A stretch of DNA of 64,000 nucleotides from Macrostomum lignano. Its lineage: Eukaryota. Positions 1 through 13,478 of this stretch are shown piece after piece. Each line of letters starts with the position of its first letter. Position 1 is the first letter of the stretch. The position numbers and the translations under genes were made by a program. The notes beneath the pieces are model-generated. The model ran no database searches, had not been told where the DNA came from, and saw nothing but the letters and a program-made list of their open reading frames with translations. Where the stretch lies: contig NIVC01000364.1 in NCBI GenBank assembly GCA_002269645.1, forward strand, positions 186,001 to 250,000, written 5' to 3'.

Positions 1-27
1 TTTGTCGCGCAAGTCTATGCCGCAAGC

Positions 28-3000
28 CTACTTGCTTGGCGCGGCCATGACGCACATGCCGGCGTTCCACAGGCGCATATGGTCGCTAGCCGATCCGCCA
101 TGCAGATCGTTGAATTGGTTCCCGTCCATGTTTCCGAATGCTCCGTTAATGCGGCCGTGGTACAGCGGATGCACGTCGATCTTGATGTCGCCTGATTCGT
201 AGCTGGATACCTTCAAGACACCTCTTATCTCGGTATCAATCTCAAGATACAAGTTCTGGCTGTAGCTACTAGAAATAATGACCAATTTTGGATTGTCCAG
301 CTCTATCCTTCCGTTCTCGGGAAGGTCTATTGATCCGTCCACCCTGACCTTTTTCGTGTTGGTGATGAAGATTCGCCGATTTCCAATTCGAATCAGAAGA
401 TCGCCTAGCCGCCTCCTGCTGCCGTTCCACGTGTAGGTCGCGTAAATTGAGAAGTCGCCATTAAGGAAGTCGTGAGCCAGTAAATATCTGCACGGAGACA
501 AGTTTCTCAGCATAATGCCACCGAAAGTCGAAATAGAATCCTCGCCAACTGTGGCGGTTCTGTGCGACGGCTGTAGCACTCTGAGCAACATGCCACTGAC
601 GCTATACCTGCCGAAATACTTTTCCATAGTACCAGCTGCTCTAGCATTAAGATTATATTTAAGCTTTTGCCACCAAGGCGAATACGAGTAGAAAGGAGGT
701 AGGTACCTTTCGTACTGATTAGACTGCTCAGGAAAAGCGATTGCCGGGAAGGGCAAGTAGACGGTGCCGTTGATGGCCGCAAACGAGCCGCCGTCCATGC
801 ACTTCTGGTCGCAGCTCAGTCTCCAGACTCGAACCTCGTTGGCGTCAGTGTTGAAAAACTGCTTGATGGCTCGACCGTAGTACCCATCTAGCAACAAAAC
901 AGCAGACTCGGCCAGATTCCTGCTGTAAGCCGTCTGGCTAGACATTTTCTGCTCGATGCTGTTACCATTGTTCCTGCACGCCTTGATAAGATCGCTGACA
1001 TATCCGCGCCATTGGCTTCTTTCATAGGCCAAGTTGTCGAAGAAGTCGTACACTTTAGGCAGTGCTCCCAGGGTGTTCACGAGGATTGGTTGGACCACTT
1101 TGGCGAACTGGGAAATCAGCTCTTCAGCCGCCGTTTGAATGCATGTGGAGTACTCCTGAGCAACACGACTCATCTTCTCATAGCGGTCACTCACTGGGAA
1201 TACTGAGGCAAGCGCGTTGTACATAACCGAGAAAACCGAGCTACTGCTGCTGGCGGTCAAGCTAGAAATTCTTGTCCGAATATAGTTGTCCAGCATTTCA
1301 ACACAGGAAGAGAAATATGCTCCAATCTGGTCAGTGAAGTACTTTGTCATGGAGAGGACACTGCTCCAAATACGGGCTACAGGGATCCTACTCAACGCTC
1401 TTGATGCGGTATCAGAGAGCCAACTGATTCCAGAGCGGATTCCCGAGTCGATTGCTGGCAGTGCATTCGTGTATTGCGATGTTTGGATCATAGAAAGCCA
1501 GGCCTCCACACCGCCTTTACAGACGTAAAAGGCTGATACCATGGCCTTTCCAATTGTGTTGGACATAAACTCATTATTTTCTCGAGCCTTCAAGGCCCAC
1601 CGGTTCAAGGAGTCGATATCGTTGCTGGAGATAGAGGTGAGCATGTCAAGTACCACATCTGTATTAATGTTGTCGGCCTGGCTCTGCTTCACTGGTCTCA
1701 TCAGACTGTTGATTGTGCCAATGCTGATTGGTAGGTTTGTTGTCTTGGCCCATGGATCCACTAGAACTTCTTTGGCGACGGTGAAGGGCGACTTCTGAAA
1801 TTCGAAGCAATTTTGTTAGGGCTTGTTTTCGGATATCTGATCACTACCGTAGCTGTAGCAGTAGGTTCCGACAGCAGTGAGAAATGCGATTAAAACTCAC
1901 CTTGGTCTGCTGACGGATTCGCCAATGGGAGGCATAGCCCAGTGTGTTATCATTGTTCAGCTGGGCGCCCACGAAAAAGAAATCAATTTCAGCCGGAATA
2001 GTCTCGGGCTTCCAAAGCTTCATCGAGCTATCCATAGCCATTTCTCCATTGAGCGCTCCGAAATGGATCTTCTTCCGGTTGTTGGACAGACCGGCTGACG
2101 CCTTGATCATCACCTTTGTCGGCTTGTAGAAAGGGAAGCTGAGCGGCGACTTGGGGTTCATGTAGCCCTTGCCGGTGTCCAGAGTGGCCTCCCAAACCGA
2201 CTTGACCCTGTCACACGTTACTGTGAGCTGTCCAGCATCCTTGTTGCTGTCAGAGACGAACAGCGATAGTCTGGAACGCTCGAATCCCTTGAAGTACCGA
2301 TAGGAGATCGTAGCGCCGTGGTTGCACTGGAAAAGCAAAGCATGATGATAAATTGCTGCACATGATTCCAATCACTACTTTTTTCAAATTCGAACCCAAT
2401 ATCCCATGACCATTTTTGCAATGCAACCTACCGCAAAGGTGAACTCTTCAAACGGAACAGAGCGGATGCGAACATGAGAATCAATAGACTTTGTTGGCAC
2501 CGTTGCATAGATGTTCACCTCCGTCATGTACTTTGAGTTTGAGTAGACCTTAGAGTTGGACAGCTTCTTTGAGTTGATAATAATTCTAGCATTGGCCTTG
2601 ACATCTCCCTTCTGCTGCGCGAATGAGATGTTCACTTCTCTCTGCATGGCCGAACGCACTGGGTCCCAGTACTTCTGTCCATTCATCGCAATGGTAACCG
2701 AGTCGCTCGATTCCTGAGCATGCGTTACTGAGAACTGGAACTCTTTGGCCGAGCTTTCATATCGCAGTTCTTTGGTGATCTTGTTTTTCAGGAATGGAGC
2801 GGCCATGCCCAGCTTATGATAGTAATAATAGCCTGATGCTCTTTGCTCCTTCTCTCTGTTGAACTGGATGGTAATCTTCTTCTCCAGACCCGTCTGCATG
2901 TCCCAGAACACGGTCAGATTGTATCCAAGGCTGATTCCTTCAGTCTTCATTACTCTGTCGTAGCCGACTGTTCGAGTTGGTAGCGTGAGCCGAAGAGTTC

Positions 3001-6000
3001 TCTTGTACACATTTGGCACAGTAAAGTCTTTGTTAAGGACAGCTGTGAAGCCCTCCATGTTCCGCTTGTTCAGATAGGCCTGAATCTCAGTCTGCACGGT
3101 ACCATTTTCTAACAGCTTGCAGCTCTCGCTCAGGTACAGCTGTCGCCTGGGCGAGGAAATTTCTAGACTAAAATCTCGCCAGTAACTGCCAACATGTGCC
3201 GACGCATCCTTTGAACGATACTCCGCCAGGTAGCTGTTTCGGTTGCTGTAGAATTTGTCCAAAGAAAAGCGCACATAGGACTCAGGGTCGAAGCTGTAGC
3301 TAAAGTCGGCCAAAATGTAGCCCCCCACCGATGCCACCCTCAAGGTCGAAGGGAAGCGCTTCTCCTGACCTTTGAACACGGATTCGAGCTCGTAGTACAC
3401 AACACTGTCGGTAGTGAACGTTTCCTGATAGTTGATGGTGTAATTCTTGTTGGTGGGATCCTGTATGTAGGAGAATTTTATCACACTATTTGCAGATCGT
3501 AGTTTCTCAATCAGAGAAGAAGAAAGTCGAGTTGAAATATCCATTCCGAATTCATCAGACGTGTATCTGTAGTTCGTGACATCGCTAGCAACAGTGATAT
3601 CTTTTCCAGATTGCGCTTGGAACTGCAGCGCATATTGATAGCCTCCATCAATTTTCTGCCTCCATAGACGCAGGAAACTCGGAACGCTTCCAGGCCTTGG
3701 TCTCCATTCGCCTTTGAACTCAATCATCTTCTTTTCAGTTGCTGCCTCCTCGGTGTAAGTTACGCCAGCAGTGAAAGCTCGGTTTACTTCTAGACTGATT
3801 TGTGTTTTAGAAATGACTAGCTTGTACACACCATCCATCAGTAGCTGGACATCCACTGTCTTGGCCGATGTGTCGTAGTTAATTATTTCACTCTCAGTTG
3901 GACGGCCTCTAAAGTTAATGACTCTCTTAAATTGCATTGCTGTGGGGAAGTTGCTCATATCGTACTCCTGTAGAAGCTCAATTGATTGAGACTCACTCGT
4001 AAAGCTAACATTTCCTTTTCTTTCTTCATTGTTGACATCCACAAAAGCATTGAATGGTATTTCTGAAAGAGTAGTCAGTGGTAACGACAGTCCAGGAAGA
4101 ACGTACAGCTTGGTGTTGGCTCCTGAATTCGTTTTATGTTCAATGGTGACTTGAACCTTGGCCTTGCTGATTTCCCAAAAGTCCGAAACCTGATAAGTCA
4201 ACTTGATGGTGTTGGGAGTATCGCAAGAGCCATACTGCACATCCACCTGTTGTCCCTGCCTGGTGTAGGATACGCAGCTTGATTTTTCGCCAATGGAGAA
4301 GCGAATTTGCAGGTTTCTCAGCACGTTTCCGTCTTTGCTACTAGTCCATGTAATCGTATTTGTGCCACCTTCAGATGCGACCGTCACTTGAATGGAGCCT
4401 TCAGCTGGGCTGGAAAACGTGACCGACTTGCCAAATATTTCTCCAGAGCCAGCCGTTACCCTACCATCGGCAAGAGTGACTGATGTCTCAGCCTTTGCAC
4501 TTTCAGACATGGCGAACTTCATTTTCCACTCTCCATTCGTGTTGTCTCCGGTTCTCAGCAAGTAGAACCTTGAGTTCGTGCTTAGAGACAAGTCAAAGCC
4601 CAAGTTTGCGCCCGGTACTCCCAGCCTACTAAGCTGCGGGTATGTGCTTCCGGATGTGATGTAAACCAAGTCGAATGCTGCGTACTTTAAGCCACCCTTG
4701 CGGAATTCCATTCCCAGAAGGTAGTCAGATCCGATCACTGCATCCATGTTGATAGCCATAATTTGAGATTGATCAAATGGATTAACTGAAAAGGAAGTGT
4801 TAATCAATCTCGCTCCAGTGTCGCTGACTCGCACATTGCGCTGGAAGTCGAAAATCTTGTAGTCAACGTCGTTTCTTTTATACGAAAACACCAAGGTCTG
4901 TCGATCATTGTTGTATGTAGAGTCAGTCTGCATCCGCTGTGCAGAAGGGAACGGAGTTGTCACATTCATGGAGTATGTATAGTCGAACATGCTGCTACCC
5001 GTGACTTTAAGCGTCGACTTGATTCCATCAGAAGAAGCTGGCAGTAGGTGATCACTTGTTAGTTCGGCCTCGCTGTTCACTTCAAAAGTTTGTCCTTGTG
5101 TGTAGGTGTGCCAATACTTCAGAGCACTCTGCTTGGCTGGAGAGGCAACCCAGGCCTTGAATCGGAAACCATTTTCTGGCTCTTTTGGCCCGGCAGAGAT
5201 ATTGAAACCATACTGACCCACATTCCAAAGTGGTGTTTTAAACTGACTCGAGATCTCGAATGGCCAGTAGCTTAGCTTTGCTGAGACCAAACCGAGATTT
5301 TCGGTCGTTGTGCCTTGAACCTTGATAAGCTCCATGTTGGTATCGAATTCACCTGTGGATTTCGCTTCGAGCTTTCCGTTGTAGTCTAGTCGATCAATGG
5401 TGAAATCAGTGCCAATGAGCGCTTCGAGTCCTTCAAACTCCATGTTGCCTGAGTAAACCGTTGCAAACAACACGTCGTCGTTTCGTCCGGTGACCTTAAA
5501 CCTTCCATTGTCCTTAAGACCAATGTCCCACCGAAGGACCCAGAATCTGATTTTAGACACGTAAGTTATGAATCCGTCAGTGTCCTCATTGTAAGTCGCA
5601 TTGTAAGATACCTCTCTGAGCGGCAGTCGGTCAGATTTTACTCCGATGTACAGCTGTTGAGAATTGAGTCTTGTCTGTATGTTGATTAGATCGTTTCCGT
5701 CGAGAGTCTTCTGCACCACCAAGTTGAATGGCTGATTTCTGTCGGACGAAAATGAGTTTATGCCCTTGTAGGAAAGAAACGGGATAAATTCGAACGTGTT
5801 TTGAATTGTCAGATTGCTCAAAAAGATTGCTCCTGGGCTTTGACCAGCCCCAGACTTTTGCAATCCTAGGTTGTAAATTGTCTTGAAAGCACCACTTCCA
5901 GGCATTGCAATATTAAATGACACGTTTAGTGCAGGGTTCGGGACTCCCATTGGGTCTGTATCGACTGTGACACCGAGACTGGACTTGAAATATATTTCAT

Positions 6001-9000
6001 CCTGATTTAGTTGCGTGATGTTAAGCTGAACAGCGACCTGACCCCAGCGCTCAACTTGTGGGATAAAGCGTCCAACGCTAGTAATATTGTAGTCTTTCCG
6101 CTGAGATCCGAGCAGAGACACCCTTGCAAATGAGATGCTCAACTCTGGGTTCGAAGATCTCTTAAATTTGGTTTCGAATGTAAAAAGCTTTTCCCAGTCG
6201 TTATTCTTCACGTTTACTTTGTAGACTCGACGATAAAGCCTGTCGGACAAATCGAGTTCTTTGAATAAAAGGAGGGATTTGTTGAAAGAAACTCCGTCGC
6301 TTCTAATGATCCGAGAGATGTTCAGCATAACTCCTTTAGTTACTGTCATGTCAACGTAGTTTGTCACTTGAATGCTCGTGGATGGCGTGTCGAATTTAAA
6401 CCCATTCTCTACCTTGATCTGATAGATGAAATTCTTCACTAGAACCAGGAGCCTCTCAATTTTAAAGTCTCGTCTTGCACTGCGAAGGTAGGACGCAATC
6501 TCCATAGCGCTTCGTCGTCGATCATCCATACTGTAGTCTTGAGCGTACATAGTCATGGAAAAAGAAGTATACTCATTAAACTTGTAGTCAAGTTTGTATT
6601 CAGCTCTGCGTGTTTCCGGACGAACTGAAACGCTTTGATTTATCTGAAGCATTTTCTGTTGGTTCACCGCTACGGCTGTAGAAACCCGAATAACCTGGTT
6701 CATATCGGCATCCGGCATCTCCACAGAGTACTCATTCTTAATCAAGAATGACTGGTCATTGAATGCGGTTGCGTTCAAGTGGTGACCGAAAACTGTTTTA
6801 CTGGGAGATGACGTCGGAATGGAGTAGAGTTTGTGCTCCAAGTCCAGCAACACGTTGTTGGAGTAAACCATTTTTGCGACTTGCACAAGCGCATATGAGG
6901 AGGAAGAGCCAGCTCTGCTATAACCTGAAGAGTGCCTTAGCTCAAAAGCGTGCCTCTGCGACTCCGAGCCAGTCATCTGCGATGCATTGAACTTCAAATA
7001 GATGCACTGATTGTCCGTCCTCCAGTTGTCCCACGGCAGAACCTGTAGGGCCACAAAAGCCGCAGACTGGGACCCCTGAAAGCAAAAAAATAGATTATTA
7101 GATTTCTAATTTAAGTGATGCCTACAAATAGAACGCATTATAGGAATGAAATATCAAAAATATGTATCGACTTACATCTAAATCAGCTGCGTACTCCACA
7201 AGGAAAGTTTTGGTGTTGTAATGTTCATCAATCACGTCATCTTCGCCAAACACAAATCTCAGCTTGGTCAGCGTGGCTGTCTTCCGGTTGCTACTAGGAC
7301 CGTATTGAATGCTTCCGCTACCAATGGCTTTGTACAGTTGAGACGGTCTGATTGTCTCCTCGAGGCTTAGGTTGGCTTCTACATCCAGCGCCGATCTCTG
7401 CTTAGTGACGCCGTAGTTGAACTTGTGGATTACAGACACCGTTGACTGAAACTGGTCTGACGCGGCCTTTGGTAGACGGTCAACTCTGATAGTAAAAGTG
7501 TGAAGGAAGTTCTTGCCATTCTTATTCACCACTTCGGTGTTATAGGCAAAGGTCCGCGTGTTTCGCTCTCCACTGACGCTCGTGCACTCGAGCCGAGAAT
7601 TGATTGAAGTCAAGACGCTGTTTTCCTTCTCGTGACTGGCTAGGAAGGTCAGCTGGAAATTTCCTGGCTCGTACTTGGAGAGGTGGCTGAACGTGAGCTT
7701 GTTGTTGTCGGTTGTCGTGACTGCAAAGTCGAACTGGAACAGCGGCAGGATTCCAAATGATTGGAACTTGGTGACGATGTTCAGCTTTTGTCTCTCCTTA
7801 TCCTTTCGATAAAAGTCACCTTCGAGTCTGCAAGATTTTAAATATTTTTATAAACATTTACCTTGGTATTTATAAGAATAACTTTTAGTACCCTACTAAT
7901 ACAGAATGCGGTAATTGATCTATTAGGTTACATTTTTATTATACTTGAGAAAACAAGCATTAATTACTACTCACTTCGAGCTTCCATCTTCGTCTCTGGA
8001 TCTGGTGCCTCGGAACTCGTAATCGGTTTGGCCAAACTTCAAGGCTACGCTCACATCAGATTTTTCACCATTGGCTCTGTTTTCAGATTCCCATTTGATC
8101 GGAAGAACAGGATTGGCCAGCTCCAGAACGATTTTTCGCAGGCCTTCAGATCTTGTAAGAATGAACTGGAACTTTGCGTGTCGATCAGGACTGACTTGGT
8201 CGCCGAGCAGTGCGGTAAAGTTGGCGTTTCTGCCTTCAATTTTGAGCCGCAGAGTCGCCTCGTAGACTCCCAGAGTGTCATTCTTATCGATGTAGAGTCG
8301 GAAGCTTCCAGGATTCTGGCGCACATACTCCATCGGATTGTACGTACGCTCAAAGTTCGTCTCCAGGCACATTTTCCTACCGAAGAGCTTCACAGAAGCG
8401 GGTGTGAAACACTTAACTGTAACAGGTGTCAATTCGGAAAGCACTGGATTCTCAATTACATTGCTTGGCCCTCGGTGTTGAAGGAACTGAACGTCAGTCT
8501 TTAGCTCCAAGATCTTCTGTCGCTTCTTCAACGGATCCACTTTGTACGAAAACTTGATGTCGTTCAAATCACTAAAGTCTGCGTCGAGGTTTAGCTTAAC
8601 GCCCAGGCTTGTCACACCGGAAGTACGAGACCTGAGCCCAGCTCTTTCGAACCCGGCATCGACTGTTACAGTTCTCGCCATGTAGACAGACCCCGATGGT
8701 TGAGCTTCGAACCCCATGTTCATCTCTAGCATCGAGGGCATCCTGAACTCTTGCTTTAGAACCATATTGAGCAAGTAATGCACTTCCTTCTTGAGTAAAA
8801 TAGGAAAACCAGAGATTGTAGGAATCGATATTGTGCTCTCCATTTGAGTACCGGCCAACTGAGTATTCTGATCAAAATTGAAGTTGCTCAGCTTCTCCTG
8901 GAGGAGTCCTTGCAAGTTTTGAAGGTCGACACTCTTCATGATCGCTGGCACTGCTGATAGAATGGCTTCGTCAAAGTTAATGTGCGTCAACTCCATTCCG

Positions 9001-12000
9001 TTTTGACGAGTGAAAAAGTCGAACCGCTGTTTCAGCGCCTTCATCTGGTACTGCTTCTGTTCGTCAGTGAGCTCAGGTCCATCTGCTTGTCTGCGTTTGC
9101 GAACCCTCATCCTATCTCTTCCTGACAAAGAGTTATACAGCTGCTGCATTGTGCTCTCCATACCTTCCGTTCTAACGCCGAGCTCAAACATGTTGATAGC
9201 CTCAGCACTGAGCGGAGACTCCACTGTGAAGTTTAAATTCACGAATCTAGGCATAAACGATGTGCTGGAATAGATTAAATTAGACTCAAGCTCGATCTTG
9301 GACTTCATGGACGGGTTCTTGAACTTCTTGACCCAATTGCCGGACACTAGCAGACCTTGAACATTCGAAGTTCGAACAACCTTTCGCTCGAAATCGCGCA
9401 AAATCGCCGATACTGTGTAAGAATCGGTAAGTCTTGACTGCTTTTTCATCCACCGACTCAGATGAGAATAGATGTATCGCTGCACATTGATGTCCTCCAT
9501 ATCGTCCCGCATGAGTTCGGAGAGCTTAGTGATCGCTCGCTCGTCGCTCCAAAATGCCGCGTCGGTGTACCGTACCATGGCTTGGTAAGCGGTGATTCTC
9601 AGCTCGGAGTCCAAATCCTTTGAGCCGATAAGCCTTCCCAGTCGCATGAGCTCGTCGTTGCTCAGGCTTGGAAACCGTCTGAGCGAGCGAAGTGCAAAAG
9701 CGCGGTTGACAAGACTGAGGTTGGAGTTCTCTCCGCAGCCGATCAAGACCGAGGCGCCACCCTTAGCCCGACCGATATTGCCAATCGACAGGAGGGCGGT
9801 GAAGGCATTTTCGACGCCAGAATTGAAGGGATCATCGCTAGCAGAAGCCAATTTGGAGCAGTTTGTTCCTAGCGCATCCGAATAGAAGGTCAAGACGCTG
9901 GACACGGCTTCGTTTGACTCACAGTCGGTGTTGATTGCGCAGTACCGACCTGTAACTGCTGCCAGAGCCAGCGGAGCGTCCTTAGTTGGCATCATAGCCT
10001 CTGCTTGCACTTTTCTAGTGTAATTCTGAAAAATGACCACGTTGCAGGATTCGTAACATTCAGCAAGTAGATGTAGGCTCATTTTCTCTGATATGAATAT
10101 TTAATAGGAATAGAATCGATCATTTTTGGTTTAGATTGTTGGATGCTATATTATATGCTCATAGATTTTTGGATGGTTATACTCGTACATGAAAATAAGC
10201 ACGATGTTAATACCGTAGAGGCGTAGAATGAATGCACTCTCTGTGTGCCTGTTGAGACAAGAACTAATTTTTTTTGCGAGTGGTTTTGAGAAGCTGTTTC
10301 TTAAAATCCTCGAGGAATTGGGCAGTGAAATATAAAATAAACTGGCCTGTAAAACTGATAAAATGTAAGCAAGATGTTAAAATCAGCGTGAACAGTAAAG
10401 ACTGCTTTGGAATTGCAAAAAGCTGGCTTCCCAGTTACAGAATTCCCAGTTACAGAGCTGGCTTCCCAGTTTCAAGTTGCAGGATTAATTCGCATGAGTC
10501 TACATTCACTGAACTTACCAGAACGTCGCTGATGATTTCCGGTGTTGGATGCGGCATCATTGCGATTCCCTTGACGAGCCAGTTGCTAGTGGCTGGTTCA
10601 GGACTCATTGCGTCACTCTCCTTCAGCTGGTTGAGCATGACCTTGACGGAGATCCGAGTTCCCACGGTCGGTAGGGCAGAATACAGCAGGACTCTGTTGG
10701 AAACGAAAGTGTTATCCAGCCATTAATCCTGGCTCATTCGACGGAGCTAAACTGTCTGTGACTCACACACGCTAATAGCGATGGAAAGCAATGATACAAT
10801 AATATATTTCTAGATTAATTACACTGACTAATTGGTGTAAAAATCAACTCACTTGAACATGGAGTTGTCTGTGCAGTATCCAGTCTTCCCCCAGTTGAAG
10901 AGGGCGTCAAAGTCGCTCTGGCTGGTGATGCCTCGCATGTACTTGATCGCATCGACGTATTTGGCGGCCGTGCTGTTGAGCATCTCGTTGCCGCGGGTCT
11001 CCTGGCAGAGTTCCTCAAATGTCTGCTTGGCCAGCTCCTTGAAGTCTGTTGAAGCAACTCCGCTGGTGGGCAGCTTCTTCTCGAGACACTCGTTTCCGCT
11101 GTGGAAGACGTCCTCCTCGAACCAGGCCTTGGAGTCGTGGCAGCTGTCGCCAGTTTTGTGCTGGTGCTTCAAGTCGCTCCGGTCGCTGATTTCAAACAGC
11201 GCACTGGCGAGGCTGTCGAGCTTCTGCTTGAAGCGCAGGCTCGTCTCGACCTTGACTCTCTCGCCCTGACGTCTCTCGCCAAGACTGTTGTCAAGGATGC
11301 GATTCTCTTCGCAGATGTTCTCCTTGATCACCATGGACTCGCCGTCCAGCTCGATGATGCACTTCAGGGTTCCATCCACGACTGTGGGCCACTGAGTGCT
11401 GCTCTGAAATAGGCACGTGTGTGTGTGTGTGTGTGATTTGAAGTGTCACGTAACGATATGGAAACTTATAGAAACACAATAACTAAACAGTATCCATGGT
11501 ACATTGACTTACATCAGGCGCTTCGTACTTGACGCCCATTCGGGGAAACACCTCGAAGTTGTTGGTGCAGCTCGACAGATCCTTAGTCTTCTCCACCTTG
11601 TTCGACGAGAGCTGCTTGTAGACGGTCCAGCAGTTTCCGAGGACGTCGTTCTAAAATAAAACAATCAGACATCATTTCAATCTCTATTTATCAGTTTCCG
11701 TTTTAACAATAATTGGGCGGCGCATCTTAAGGCTTCATACGGCTGTTCAGTCCAAGGACTGGGGGTTCAGTCCAAGGACACCCTCAATTGCCCCAGCTAA
11801 TGCTGGCACCCATTTTACAGCTGGGTGAACTGAACTGAAGCAATGCAAAGTTAATAATCTTGCTCAAGGTCACAAATTGTTCCAAGTGGGATCGGGAATC
11901 GAACCCCCGGCCTTTCAGTCGCGAGTTTACTAGGCTAAAATCTCTCCATTAGGGACTAGGCTACAACCCCTCCACTAGGGACTAGGCTACAACCCTCCTC

Positions 12001-13404
12001 TAGGGACTCGGCTACAACCCTCCACTAGGGACTAGGCTACAACCCTCCACTAGGGACTAGGCTACAACCCTCCACTAGGGACTAGGCTACAACCCTCCAT
12101 TAGGGACTAGGCTACAACCCTCCACTAGGGACTAGGCTAAAACCCCTCCTTCCGTTTTAGGAGACCAATCGTGACCAACTTTGAAACATTTTGTAAACAA
12201 TCTAAGGAACCACTTTCCGATTGCCCTCTTAACACTGATACAGCTTAATTGTGGCGCATTGTGAAAGGCTTAAAGGCCAATAAGAACTTTTAATCCGATC
12301 AAATATATTGCTAAATCTAAAGTACTGCGACGGTTGAACGCTTGTAGCGTATGTATGTTTTGCTCTAATGCAGCCTCATTAAAAATAACTACATCATCAT
12401 TACCGAACCTTTTGCAGAACCAATCTGACAATAGTAGAAAGATACTACTATAAAAACTCACCTCGCGAACTTTGGCCTCCTGATTAGGCTGATCGATCGA
12501 CATATGCAGTTGAGACAGCAGGCCGCGCTTGAAGTTGAGGCTGGCGCGGGTCTCGGCGCTGCCTGGGCACATGCCGCCGACTCGACCGTCCTCGAATGCG
12601 AAGCGCAACGGCGCCTTCAGCGCATCGACCAGCGCCTTCGGCAGCGACTTCGTCTCCATGGTGGTCGCTTCGGCTGGTGCTTTCGAGGACTTTGTGTTCT
12701 GGATGTCGACAGTCAGCACCATCTCGCAGTCGCTGTGGACCTCAAAGTTGGCCCGGCCTTTCACCTGCATCAGGACCGACTTGTCCTGGCTGAGGCCGGA
12801 CTTGAGCTCCACCTTCTGCTCGAATTCGTACTGCAGAGTGGTGCCGGCAGTGTAGCCGGTCCAGAAATTTCTGCCTGAGCATCTCAGGGAGCAGCTAGTT
12901 GATGAGGCTACGGCGGCTGGCCCTGCAAAGCGGACCAAATGGAAACAATAACTTTTGGATCCTCCTAACAATAGTGACTCGGGACAGAAGTAATCAGTAT
13001 TGTGCTAGTCTGATGCAACACTGTGGCTTTGCTAATGAAACAATTAGCAGGTTGTGACAACAGTTTAATCCCTTGGTTTTATCTTTAAGAAAATACAGTG
13101 CTTGTCTACTACTAGAAAAATTTATTTGAAACAATATGAAACTACGCTCGTATTCCTACCGCTACAAATCGCGATTTCGGCCTACAAAACGAGTTATGAA
13201 TGCCTAAACTCCCTCGCTAAATCCATCGAAGACGCATGCAGAGAGACAGAGATCCGTTTCTTTCCAATTCCAAGTCAACAGACTACAGCACCTGAATGTA
13301 ACACTAACTGAATAACTTAAGCACAAAATGCAGCATGTTAGTGACTTACGGGCCTGAGCCGCGGCCAGAATGCAGCTGAGCACGAGAAGAGTTTTGATAT
13401 CCAT
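28..13404 (-). CDS. Large lipid transfer protein (apolipophorin / vitellogenin / apoB-like), 10 exons, ~3,639 aa
   Basis: Exons (minus): 13404-13350, 12922-12462, 11650-11513, 11403-10853, 10693-10519, 10025-7975, 7827-7176, 7075-2432, 2326-1901, 1794-28. All introns are GT..AG with matching phases; total 10,920 nt = 3,640 codons including TAG. Features: signal peptide MDIKTLLVLSCILAAAQA; vitellogenin-N motifs (E-NDVLGNCWTVY, LLYSALPTVGT, AFALRSLRR, ELRITAY); DUF1943-type LESNLIYSSTSFMPRFVNLNFTV..ELGVRTEG; a long beta-rich centre; a C-terminal vWD-like GRINGAFGNMDGNQFND. The stop lies close to the window edge, so an extra 3' exon cannot be excluded. Confidence 0.93.
11705..11945 (-). mobile_element. 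tRNA-derived SINE with CORE-like domain (in LLTP intron 2)
   Basis: Minus strand: B box GGTTCGATTCC (11905-11895), followed by GTGACCTTGAGCAAG..TTAAC..TCAGTT..CTGTAAAATGGG (11873-11809). This matches by eye the CORE-SINE consensus (GTGACCTTGGGCAAG..CTGTAAAATGGG). An A-box-like TAGCCTAGT lies upstream. Confidence 0.6.
11944..12148. repeat. 25-bp minisatellite (CTCCACTAGGGACTAGGCTACAACC) x ~8
   Basis: Direct tandem copies visible; abuts the 5' end of the SINE. Confidence 0.9.
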
Positions 13405-13472
13405 GAAACTTGGGCAGTGCCACAAAGTTTCCAGGTAGGAGAAAGCCAGCAAAGAGCTGAGAGCCGGCTGCA

Positions 13473-13478
13473 TTTATA
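13473..13478 (-). promoter_or_regulatory. TATA box of the lipid transfer protein gene
   Basis: TATAAA(TG) on the minus strand, ~70 nt upstream of the ATG at 13404, consistent with a short 5' UTR. Confidence 0.55.

Noticed and set aside
28-13473. Separate genes for the 577, 175, 1556, 163, 703, 176 and 233-aa ORFs
   Set aside because: They join through canonical, phase-matched GT-AG introns into one LLTP reading frame.
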